From: a virus
Taxonomy: Duplodnaviria > Caudoviricetes
Length of the DNA stretch: 37,785 bases
Strand: one strand, 5' to 3'
Virus record (IMG/VR): IMGVR_UViG_3300027764_000013
Location: 1-37,785 of that record
Shown one piece after another: positions 7,961 to 15,466 of the stretch (position 1 is the stretch's first letter; each line of letters opens with the position of its first letter). Position numbers and translations under genes: made by a program. A model generated the notes under the pieces. The model was given only the letters and a program-made list of their open reading frames with translations. It made no database searches and had not been told where the DNA came from.

Positions 7961-10075
7961 ATGGTTGAAATGGTCCCTGTTGAGCAAGACACCAGACGCC
8001 TTGCGCCAGAGATGATTCCTGTTGATGCTGGCAGGCAGGTAAACACTGCCGGGATGCCACCTACCTTTACCAGAGAAAATCTACAGCAGTTGCAGATTGC
8101 ACCGGACATCACGTCTCTTGGTGAGCGCATGGGACGCGGCGTGATGGACGTTGGACAGGGGCTGAAGCAGCTTTACATGATGGCTGTTCGACCGCCTGAA
8201 GATGCCAAAGCTTACACGCAAGAGGTCAACAAGGAGATTGCTGCATATCAGGAACGGCTTGGATCGAAGCCGGGAATGGATATTGCTCGTGGGCTTGGTT
8301 CTATGGCCGCACAAGCACCTGCAATGCTGATTCCTGGTGGACAGGCAGCACTATTGCCAAGGCTTGCTGCTGGCGCTCTCAGCGGCGCTGTGACAGGTGC
8401 ATCTGAGTTTAGCCAAGAAGGCACGTTTGCTGACAAGGGAATGCAGGCTGCTGTTGGTTCTGTTGGTGGTGCATTGCTTCCAGAGGCTATGCGGGGTTTG
8501 GGGCGCGGACTTGTTGGTGCAGGTCAATCTGTTGTCGGAACAGTTAAAAGGATCACGCCATCGAACGTCACCAATGCGGATATTCTTGCTGCTGTTCAAA
8601 GCACAGGCCGCAGTTTCGACCCTAGCTTTGACGTTGGGAAAATAACTGCTGATGCAAGAAACCAACTATTTAAGGATGCTAAGGAACAGTTGCGTGTCTC
8701 TGGCGAGCTTGATCCTATGGCGCTTGTTCGTGTTCAGGACTTCCAGAAACTAGGGATTGATCCGACAAAAGCGCAAATCACTCGCGATCCTCGCCAATGG
8801 CAGACTGAACGCAATTTGGCACAGGTTGCAGGCGTTGGTGATCCTCTTTTGCAGAGGTATTCGCAACAACCAGGACAGCTAATATCTGCGCTAGAGCAAG
8901 TTCGCCCTGGGCAGCAAATGCCTGCCTATGAGGCTGGTGCGCAGGCTATGGCGGCTGCTGGTTCACGTTTCCAGAAAAGCGGAACCTATGGAGATCTAGG
9001 AAAACAGATTGATGAGATATACACGGCAGCGCGGAATGCTCCTGGCTCAAACGCTGAACTTCCGTTTGGTCCATATCGTGTCAAGATTGCAGATACGCTT
9101 GACCAGTTTGAAGACAAAATTCCATCTCCTATCAAGAAGCGACTAGAGCAGTTTGCTGCTGATGATGGCCGTCCATTTACAATCAAGGAAGCCATCAAGT
9201 TTCGAGAAATGCTGACACAGAGAGCTGCATCAGCCGATCCTGAGCAGGCAGTTGCACTTTCCACGATCAAGAAGAACCTTGATAAATTCTTCATTGAGAC
9301 GGCGGAAACATCTGGTGACAATGCCGTTGAGGCCATCAACCTGTTCAAGCAGGGGATTGATGCGTCATCGGCAAGAGCAAGAGCTTTCCAGACGCCTGGT
9401 CTTCAATCTGCAATTGATGAGAAAGTTGCGGCTGAAGATTTCATCAAGAGCCATGTTCTTGGCGGGAAAGTAGATGATCTGCGAAAACTAAAAGCGACAC
9501 TTTCGCGCACAGACATTTCTCCAGATCAGCAAACGGCAAACTTACAAGCTTGGGAAAACATCCGTGGGCAGGTGGTCCAAAACCTGATCGACAAAGCGGC
9601 TCCGAGTGGGGAAGGTTTCTCGCAGGCTGCATATCGGAAAGCGTTCTCTGATCTTGGCGCTCCAACAGGAAAAGGAAACTCAAAGCTTGAGATCCTGTTC
9701 AGCCCAGAAGAGATTGGAACGCTCTCTACCGTGCGCCGAGTATCTGAGGCAGCATTTGCCCAGCCTGTCAGCGGTGGTATTGCAATTGAAAACAGGTCTG
9801 GAACGGCGGCTGGTCTTGCCAATTTGCTAGGGAGGATACCTGTCGCGAAACAGATTGCGGAGGCTGCTACCCAAGCCGGGCAGGTTGGCGCTGTTCAGCA
9901 GGCTTTGGCTGCATCTCCTGTTCAGACAACAGCGGCATCGTCTGCGGCGCAGGCACTGCGCGATGAAGCGGCAAAGATCCTGGGTGGCGGTGGCTTTACG
10001 CCATATGCGCCAGCGTCTGCGGCAATTCTCCAGCAGCTTCGAGAACGCCAGCAAGGCGGTTTACTGGGCCAGTAA
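7961..10075 (+). CDS. Large DNA ejection protein (internal virion protein)
   Basis: 704 aa with Gly/Ala-rich membrane-like hairpins near the N-terminus; last gene before a terminator. Confidence 0.7.
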   Translation: MVEMVPVEQDTRRLAPEMIPVDAGRQVNTAGMPPTFTRENLQQLQIAPDITSLGERMGRGVMDVGQGLKQLYMMAVRPPEDAKAYTQEVNKEIAAYQERLGSKPGMDIARGLGSMAAQAPAMLIPGGQAALLPRLAAGALSGAVTGASEFSQEGTFADKGMQAAVGSVGGALLPEAMRGLGRGLVGAGQSVVGTVKRITPSNVTNADILAAVQSTGRSFDPSFDVGKITADARNQLFKDAKEQLRVSGELDPMALVRVQDFQKLGIDPTKAQITRDPRQWQTERNLAQVAGVGDPLLQRYSQQPGQLISALEQVRPGQQMPAYEAGAQAMAAAGSRFQKSGTYGDLGKQIDEIYTAARNAPGSNAELPFGPYRVKIADTLDQFEDKIPSPIKKRLEQFAADDGRPFTIKEAIKFREMLTQRAASADPEQAVALSTIKKNLDKFFIETAETSGDNAVEAINLFKQGIDASSARARAFQTPGLQSAIDEKVAAEDFIKSHVLGGKVDDLRKLKATLSRTDISPDQQTANLQAWENIRGQVVQNLIDKAAPSGEGFSQAAYRKAFSDLGAPTGKGNSKLEILFSPEEIGTLSTVRRVSEAAFAQPVSGGIAIENRSGTAAGLANLLGRIPVAKQIAEAATQAGQVGAVQQALAASPVQTTAASSAAQALRDEAAKILGGGGFTPYAPASAAILQQLRERQQGGLLGQ

Positions 10076-10094
10076 GTAACTGATTATTAACGAT

Positions 10095-10136
10095 AAATGG
10101 CGGTCTGTGGAAAAATATTCCGCAACCGCCATTTTT
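10095..10136 (+). terminator. Intrinsic terminator ending the late operon
   Basis: AAATGGCGGT-c-TGTGGAA / TTCCGCA-ACCGCCATTT stem followed by Ts. Confidence 0.75.
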
Positions 10137-10139
10137 CTG

Positions 10140-10168
10140 TTTACAAAATCCTTTTTGCCTAATAATCT
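10140..10168 (+). promoter_or_regulatory. Sigma70-type early promoter
   Basis: TTTACA-17 nt-TAATCT in an AT-rich gap upstream of the small early genes. Confidence 0.6.
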
Positions 10169-10216
10169 TTTTTACATGGGATGGTGATTCGAACCGCCCT
10201 GCAACGGGGTCACACG

Positions 10217-10405
10217 ATGAAGATCGAAAGCGAGTTTCCAACGGAATACATTGAACTTCAGATTGCAGCCCGCAACATCGCCGACTGCTCTTTGCTGGTT
10301 TACTACGCCACCGATGAGGCCGCGCAACTGCGGCACAAGATCGAGCTTCAGCATCATCTCAAGCGGTTCAAGCAAGTCATGGAGGAGCTGGAATGTCAGG
10401 GATGA
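10217..10405 (+). CDS. Hypothetical early protein
   Basis: ATG preceded by a GGGGTCA leader; ORF of the track shortened to this start. Confidence 0.6.
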   Translation: MKIESEFPTEYIELQIAARNIADCSLLVYYATDEAAQLRHKIELQHHLKRFKQVMEELECQG

Positions 10406-10602
10406 AGGCTGTTCACTATTGGCACGAGAACGAAGAGCGTTGGTATCGGCAATGCCTTCGGATTGAAAAGGTCTGCGATGAATTGGAGCAACGGGTGGAC
10501 GAACTGGAACAGGCTATCATCGACGCTGACAAATATCCGATGCCGTTGGAGCTTAGGCAGAAACTTAAAAAAGCTTTGGGAGGAAATCATGCGGGTCAGT
10601 AA
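10393..10602 (+). CDS. Small coiled-coil early protein (possible degenerate member of the mini-gene family)
   Basis: GGAGGAG RBS; QRVDELEQAI...KKALGG resembles the RIEKLEAAL...RKALEG family. Confidence 0.6.
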   Translation: MSGMKAVHYWHENEERWYRQCLRIEKVCDELEQRVDELEQAIIDADKYPMPLELRQKLKKALGGNHAGQ

Positions 10603-10786
10603 CGCCAACCGCCCGGTCTTCAATATGAAGTTCAACAGGCCGCTCATTCAGCGCAAATGCCCGCTCTGCAACCTAACTACAGGTGTTCTGATTCCGCAGA
10701 ACCAGGCGCTCAGGGAGCTTGGCATCTACGGTGGAACCCATGCCCATCTGGTCTGTGTCCAGGATGCACGGGAGCAGCGGCAATGA
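10589..10786 (+). CDS. Small Zn-finger-like early protein
   Basis: GGGAGG RBS; CPLC...HLVC. Confidence 0.55.
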   Translation: MRVSNANRPVFNMKFNRPLIQRKCPLCNLTTGVLIPQNQALRELGIYGGTHAHLVCVQDAREQRQ

Positions 10787-10986
10787 CTGACTACGAAACA
10801 GCGTTCCGCGAATTGACGGACAAATGGCACGAAAGTGTCAAGCACTACGAAGACCGCATCGAGAAGCTGGAGGCGGCGCTGCGGGAGATAGCTGAAGGGC
10901 CAAGAGACGTAGACAAATCTTACGTGTCTTTGTTTTTTGAACTTCAGTCGGAAGCCCGCAAAGCACTGGAGGGGAAAGATGACTGA
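10783..10986 (+). CDS. Mini-gene array unit 1 (67 aa)
   Basis: MTD...DRIEKLEAAL...ARKALEGKDD*; ATGA overlap with the upstream gene. Confidence 0.7.
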   Translation: MTDYETAFRELTDKWHESVKHYEDRIEKLEAALREIAEGPRDVDKSYVSLFFELQSEARKALEGKDD

Positions 10987-11179
10987 CGATCTTTTAAGGC
11001 GAGCCCGCCGCCTAGATACCTGCATCTTCCCGAATGAACGCTCAAAATGTCTTTGCGGAGAGCTGGCCGACCGCATCGAGAGGCTGGAGGCGGCGCTGCT
11101 GGATGTCATCGACAATTTCTTCGATGGCGCTCGCATCTGCGAAATTGCCCGCAAAACACTGGAGGGGAAAGGTGACTGA
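10979..11179 (+). CDS. Mini-gene array unit 2 (66 aa)
   Basis: MTD...DRIERLEAAL...ARKTLEGKGD*; GGAGGGG RBS in the junction repeat. Confidence 0.7.
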   Translation: MTDDLLRRARRLDTCIFPNERSKCLCGELADRIERLEAALLDVIDNFFDGARICEIARKTLEGKGD

Positions 11180-11369
11180 TCTTCAAGAAAAATCCATCAA
11201 ACTGTGGCGCGATTCTCACTTTGAATTGCATTGGAAACTTTGCGCGGCAGAAGCCCACATTGAGAAGCTGGAGGCGGCGCTAGAGGATGCCCTGCAATAT
11301 GTGTCTAGGGCTGATTGGCATTACCTGAAAGATGAAACGCGCAAAGCACTGGAGGGGAAAGATGACTGA
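11172..11369 (+). CDS. Mini-gene array unit 3 (65 aa, GTG start)
   Basis: MTD...HIEKLEAAL...TRKALEGKDD*. Confidence 0.7.
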   Translation: MTDLQEKSIKLWRDSHFELHWKLCAAEAHIEKLEAALEDALQYVSRADWHYLKDETRKALEGKDD

Positions 11370-11499
11370 CTATCAACTGGCGCTTCTTAACATTGCAGCA
11401 ACCATGTTCACAGGTGTCATTGTGATTGGGTGCAACGGAGCAATCTTGTTCCTGGGATTAATGATTTGGCAACTTATAGAAGATAGGTTTGACTTGTAA
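11362..11499 (+). CDS. 45-aa membrane peptide, last unit of the array (absent from the ORF track)
   Basis: MTDYQLALLNIAATMFTGVIVIGCNGAILFLGLMIWQLIEDRFDL*; starts within block B. Confidence 0.6.
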   Translation: MTDYQLALLNIAATMFTGVIVIGCNGAILFLGLMIWQLIEDRFDL

Positions 11500-11520
11500 T
11501 GAAAACACGGGGTCAAAACG

Positions 11521-11613
11521 ATGAAAACGGTAATCTACGAAATCGCCAATGTCTGCGCAGGACTGACTGCAATCGGGTCTATCTTTGTCATCTGCATAGT
11601 GCTGGGGGGCTGA
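11521..11613 (+). CDS. 30-aa membrane peptide (absent from the ORF track)
   Basis: MKTVIYEIANVCAGLTAIGSIFVICIVLGG*; GGGGTCA leader; fills the gap to the next gene. Confidence 0.5.
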   Translation: MKTVIYEIANVCAGLTAIGSIFVICIVLGG

Positions 11614-11614
11614 C

Positions 11615-11803
11615 ATGAGACCGATCACAATCGAGATTGGGTTTGACGGTGTGTATTCCGTCAAATACTTTAACAGGCAAATTGGCTGGATACAGCAAAG
11701 CAAGGTGCGGAAAATATGGAGGGCGCTCAGTTGGAACGGGGACTTGAAACACACAAAGACCATGCGGGAAGCAAGGCGGTATCTGGTGGAGAATTTCAGG
11801 TAG
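11615..11803 (+). CDS. Hypothetical basic early protein
   Basis: 62-aa ORF with GGGGG RBS, packed in the operon. Confidence 0.6.
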   Translation: MRPITIEIGFDGVYSVKYFNRQIGWIQQSKVRKIWRALSWNGDLKHTKTMREARRYLVENFR

Positions 11804-12351
11804 AGAACTGGCAGCAGCATTACATGAGCGTCAAGGCCAGGCTCAACGGACCAAAACCAGTTCAACAGCAAGCACCTATATCAGAGGTCATGATGGTGAT
11901 TGCGATTCCAAAGATACAAATACAGGAGGAAGCACAGCTAGAGATCGAGACGGTAATTGAGGAAGAGCCGGTCAGAGAGTTCAGCAGGGATGACATGCTG
12001 ATCACACGGGGTTTGAAGAGAGACAGGATCAGGCGGATTATCCTGCCAATCCTTCGAAGTCGAAATATGACTTGGGACATAATCAGGGGGCAGAACAGAC
12101 ATGGACCAATTGTTAGAGCCAGATCAGAGGTTTTCTTTGCTCTTATCTCAAATGGATACGGATATGCGGAGACAGGACGCATCTGCGGGAGAGACCACAC
12201 AACAGTCATTCACGGCGTCAGAAAATGGAAAGAACGAAATGGACCAGACTATAGAGGGTATCTTGCAGAGCCGAGAGAAGACGCACGGATCTTACTCAGT
12301 ACAGTCTGCAATGTCACAGAGATTGAAAAGCCTTATACGGACAAGTCCTAA
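11716..12351 (+). CDS. Protein with a DnaA C-terminal (domain IV)-like HTH; true start uncertain (about 11800-11824)
   Basis: IVRARSE...GYGYAETGRICGRDHTTVIHGVRK matches the DnaA domain IV RDHTTV signature. Confidence 0.75.
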   Translation: MEGAQLERGLETHKDHAGSKAVSGGEFQVENWQQHYMSVKARLNGPKPVQQQAPISEVMMVIAIPKIQIQEEAQLEIETVIEEEPVREFSRDDMLITRGLKRDRIRRIILPILRSRNMTWDIIRGQNRHGPIVRARSEVFFALISNGYGYAETGRICGRDHTTVIHGVRKWKERNGPDYRGYLAEPREDARILLSTVCNVTEIEKPYTDKS

Positions 12352-12532
12352 TTGGGCGGACATGCCGGAATATATGCAGGAGTCACTTGAGATGATCGAG
12401 CATAAGATTTCTCGCATCCTAAGCGGCAACGCATATGAGCCGGATCACTGGTTAGACATTATCGGATATGCGGCACTGGTGGTGCGCGAGTTGGACCAGG
12501 TAACTCAAGAAACGGGGTCACAAAATGTCTGA
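12239..12532 (+). CDS. DUF6378-like protein
   Basis: ILQSREKTHGSY...KISRILSGN...DHWLDIIGYAAL. Confidence 0.7.
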   Translation: MDQTIEGILQSREKTHGSYSVQSAMSQRLKSLIRTSPNWADMPEYMQESLEMIEHKISRILSGNAYEPDHWLDIIGYAALVVRELDQVTQETGSQNV

Positions 12533-12806
12533 TCTTAAAAACAACCAACTAGCTCGCATCGTTGAGCGCATCGAAAAGCAGGAAGACGAAATCAGTCTCC
12601 TAAAGACAGACGTGAAAGACATCTACATTGAAGCCAAGAGCAGCGGCTACGATGTGAAAATCATCCGCAAGATCATCGCAATGCGGAAGATGGACGATGC
12701 TAAGCGCAAGGAGGAAAGCGTCATCCTTGCCGCTTACATGCACGAAATCGGAATGACACCGATCGAGATGGTAATCCAGAGCAACATGCCGAAAGCGAGC
12801 GACTGA
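12525..12806 (+). CDS. gapR: GapR/DUF2312 (UPF0335) nucleoid-associated protein homologue
   Basis: QLARIVERIEKQEDE...KDIYIEAKSSGYDVKIIRKIIAMRK. Confidence 0.85.
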   Translation: MSDLKNNQLARIVERIEKQEDEISLLKTDVKDIYIEAKSSGYDVKIIRKIIAMRKMDDAKRKEESVILAAYMHEIGMTPIEMVIQSNMPKASD

Positions 12807-13018
12807 TGGAACGCGCAACAGATACCTGCTTAACGTGCCGGTTCACGAAAGAGAAAACAGGTGGATCTCTGACATGCCTGCGCTATCCAACATCCACGCG
12901 GGTCGCCAGGACGCAGTGGTGCGGCGAGTGGCAGGCGGACAAAATCCCAACAGATCGCCGCAAGCGCAATGCAATGGAAATCCAAGATCCCGTGATGAGC
13001 AAGGAGCATGAGGAATGA
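12806..13018 (+). CDS. Small Cys-rich protein
   Basis: CLTC...CLRYP...WCGEW; TGATG coupling. Confidence 0.65.
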   Translation: MERATDTCLTCRFTKEKTGGSLTCLRYPTSTRVARTQWCGEWQADKIPTDRRKRNAMEIQDPVMSKEHEE

Positions 13019-13227
13019 GTTACCGCATTCGCAATGCCGATGACTTCTTTCGGGTGATCGAAAAGGAGCGCAAACGGCAGGAGAAATCCACACGCGCCGT
13101 TTGCGATGAGGCTGCTGTATCGTCAGCTACCTATAGTGCATCGCGCACTAACAAAACATGCACCCTGAAATCTGCATTGGCCTATGCAAAGGTCATGGGT
13201 CTGGAAATGAGGCTAGAATGGCCGTGA
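13015..13227 (+). CDS. Small HTH (Cro/XRE-like) DNA-binding protein
   Basis: STRAVCDEAAVSSATYS...TLKSALAYAKVMGL. Confidence 0.6.
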   Translation: MSYRIRNADDFFRVIEKERKRQEKSTRAVCDEAAVSSATYSASRTNKTCTLKSALAYAKVMGLEMRLEWP

Positions 13228-13688
13228 TCCTTGCTATTGATCCTGGCGCATCAGGGGCGCTGGCGTTCTTCAACTCGGCCACAGGTATGCTCGACGTTGA
13301 GGATATGCCGACGCTAGAGGTGAAGCGCGGAAACAAAATGAAGCGCGAGATCAGCCCGCAGATGCTGGCTGGGATCATTGCATCACGCAAACCAGATCGT
13401 GCCATCATCGAACTGGTAGGTGCAATGCCAGGGCAGGGCGTCACCAGCATGTTTGCCTTTGGGAAATCCTACGGTTTGTGCATCGGCATATGCTCTGGCC
13501 TACAGATCCCGATCGAGCATGTGACGCCACAGAAGTGGAAGAAAGCAGTCGGCGCCCGCGAGGGCAAAGATGGAAACAGGATGCGGGCGGCAGAGTGCTT
13601 TCCCGCATATGCCCACCTGTTTCGACGGGTCAAGGATGACGGCAGGGCAGACGCTGCACTGATCGCCTTCTGGGCAGCAACCAACTAG
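13218..13688 (+). CDS. RuvC-like Holliday junction resolvase
   Basis: ILAIDPG, AIIE, FGKSYG, VTPQKWKK, DGRADAALIA. Confidence 0.85.
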   Translation: MAVILAIDPGASGALAFFNSATGMLDVEDMPTLEVKRGNKMKREISPQMLAGIIASRKPDRAIIELVGAMPGQGVTSMFAFGKSYGLCIGICSGLQIPIEHVTPQKWKKAVGAREGKDGNRMRAAECFPAYAHLFRRVKDDGRADAALIAFWAATN

Positions 13689-13699
13689 GGAGAACAACA

Positions 13700-14491
13700 G
13701 TGGAAAATGACTACTTTAAGCTAGAGGCGCTATCAGCCTCTGGAGCCAAGCTGCTCGCCAGATCACCAGCGCACTACAAGGCAGCGATGGAGGTAAGCAG
13801 GACGCCAACGCCAGCGCAGATCTTCGGGACCGTGGTTCACTCGATGGTTCTGGAGCCGCACAAAACCCATGCTGATCTGTTCAGCGTCAAGGAACTGAAC
13901 TGGACAACCAAGGAAGGAAAGGAAGAGAAGGCAAAGCTGGAGCGGATCGGTTTGCCCATCATCTCAGTGGCTGATCTCGATAAGGCGCTGCGGATGAGGG
14001 ACAGCGTCTGGGCAAGCAAACACGCAGCGGAAATGCTCACCGGCTGCAAGACGGAACAGCAGACAACCTGGACAGGCTACGATTCCAAGGTGCCATGCAA
14101 GGGCGGTATTGACGGTATAGGTGAACATGGGATTGTCGATCTCAAGACTACCATCGACGCATCGCCAGAAGCCTTTGCCAGAGCTATCCGATCATACGGC
14201 TACTACATGCAGGCCGCTCACTACATTGACGGTGTTGCGGAGACGACGGGAGCCATCGCCCCGTTTACATTCATTGCTGTTGAGAAGCAGCCACCATATG
14301 CGGTTGCCTGTTACACGCTTTCCAATGACAGCCTTGCGGCTGGATGGGCGGCGATGAACAGGATCGCCAAGATATATTCCGACTGCATCAACACCAATGT
14401 GTGGCCGGGATATGAAGGAAGGTCTATCGAGCTATCAATCCCGATTAATCTGGATACGGCAGTCACCGATCTAGAGCTTGAAGACTTCTGA
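13700..14491 (+). CDS. RecE/ExoVIII-like PD-(D/E)XK exonuclease (DUF3799-type)
   Basis: LSASG, SPAHY, FGTVVH, CKGGID, IVDLKTT, YYMQAAHY, FIAVEK. Confidence 0.85.
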   Translation: MENDYFKLEALSASGAKLLARSPAHYKAAMEVSRTPTPAQIFGTVVHSMVLEPHKTHADLFSVKELNWTTKEGKEEKAKLERIGLPIISVADLDKALRMRDSVWASKHAAEMLTGCKTEQQTTWTGYDSKVPCKGGIDGIGEHGIVDLKTTIDASPEAFARAIRSYGYYMQAAHYIDGVAETTGAIAPFTFIAVEKQPPYAVACYTLSNDSLAAGWAAMNRIAKIYSDCINTNVWPGYEGRSIELSIPINLDTAVTDLELEDF

Positions 14492-14517
14492 AACGTCGAA
14501 CCGAAGGAAACGGTAAA

Positions 14518-15105
14518 ATGGAAAACGCAAATACACGCATTGTCGTCAAGGATGCTCGCATGGCCTACATCCACCTGCTGGAGCCTCGTGCTGCGGCAGA
14601 GGGTGCAGAACCCAAATACAGCGTCACTCTGATCATCCCGAAGACGGACGAAGCAGGCATTGCAGCCATCAAGGCAGCAATGAAAGCGGCAGTTGCAAAG
14701 AAATTCGGGGATAAACCGCCGAAGGGTCTGCGCAATCCGCTGCGGGATGGCGACGAAAAGGATGGAGATTCCGGCGAATACATGAAGGGCGACGAGTTCA
14801 GGGGCAACTGGTATCTGTCAGCCAGCAGCAAGAAGCCAGTGCGCGCCCAGGCTGGAAAGGCTCGCCTGCCGGCAACAGAGGATCATCTGCAATCCGGCAA
14901 CTATGGGGCGGCAGAACTGAATTTCTACGGCTATGACGCTGCGGGCAATCGCGGTGTAGCGGCTGGATTGAATGGCGTCTGGATCACTCGGAAGGGTGAG
15001 CCGCTTGGGTCTGGCGCCACAGACTGGGGCGTGATCGAAGCGGAGGACTTTGGTTCACCGGCTCCGAAGGCGCTTGCTGAAATGTCAGCAGATGACGTGT
15101 TCTAG
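14518..15105 (+). CDS. Single-stranded DNA-binding protein (DUF2815 / gp2.5-like)
   Basis: KYSVTLIIPK, PLRDGD, SGNYG, GNRGVAAGLN, GEPLG; acidic tail ending in F. Confidence 0.85.
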   Translation: MENANTRIVVKDARMAYIHLLEPRAAAEGAEPKYSVTLIIPKTDEAGIAAIKAAMKAAVAKKFGDKPPKGLRNPLRDGDEKDGDSGEYMKGDEFRGNWYLSASSKKPVRAQAGKARLPATEDHLQSGNYGAAELNFYGYDAAGNRGVAAGLNGVWITRKGEPLGSGATDWGVIEAEDFGSPAPKALAEMSADDVF

Positions 15106-15119
15106 GCTGTAAACAGAAA

Positions 15120-15153
15120 GACGGCGCAGCGGGGGTCAGTCTGCTGCGCCGTC
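15120..15153 (+). terminator. GC-rich hairpin after the SSB gene (terminator or mRNA stabiliser)
   Basis: GACGGCGCAGC / GCTGCGCCGTC perfect 11-bp stem; no U tract. Confidence 0.5.
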
Positions 15154-15187
15154 AATCGCCTCAACGCCGGGAGGAGGAGCGGAGGCA

Positions 15188-15466
15188 ATGGCTAAATTTA
15201 ACACTCTCGAAGACACGCTGCAAATAGCGGCCGAGTATTTTGGCTACGTCGAGCTTTATGCACGGCTGGCACGGGAATTTGTATCAGTTGGCGATTTGCC
15301 TGGCGCAAACTACGCTCAAAGATCCTTGGTCGCCTATGTCAAAGCTGCACAGCGAGAGCTTGTTGCCGCGATGGACATCAGCATCGCAGCCAAGGAACAG
15401 GCAGGAATAGATGCGGTTGCCGGTCAGGGCAATAAGGTCAGCGCAGACGATGATTGGTGGAAGTGA
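15188..15466 (+). CDS. Hypothetical protein coupled to the helicase gene
   Basis: Strong GGAGG RBS; TGATG overlap with the helicase. Confidence 0.7.
   Translation: MAKFNTLEDTLQIAAEYFGYVELYARLAREFVSVGDLPGANYAQRSLVAYVKAAQRELVAAMDISIAAKEQAGIDAVAGQGNKVSADDDWWK

Larger units (their letters stand above)
10852..11369 (+). repeat. Two alternating conserved DNA blocks, three copies each, about 190-bp period
   Basis: Block A GAGA(A/G)GCTGGAGGCGGCGCT at 10861, 11078, 11262; block B CACTGGAGGGGAAAG(A/G)TGACTGA at 10964, 11157, 11347. Confidence 0.9.

Noticed and set aside
10866-10873. Chi site in block A (GCTGGAGG)
   Set aside because: One mismatch from the E. coli Chi sequence, the host is probably not enteric, and the Leu-Glu-Ala codons explain it.
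10852-11369. CRISPR-like repeat-spacer array
   Set aside because: Two alternating non-palindromic repeats with spacers of roughly 70-90 nt, all within coding frames; no cas genes.
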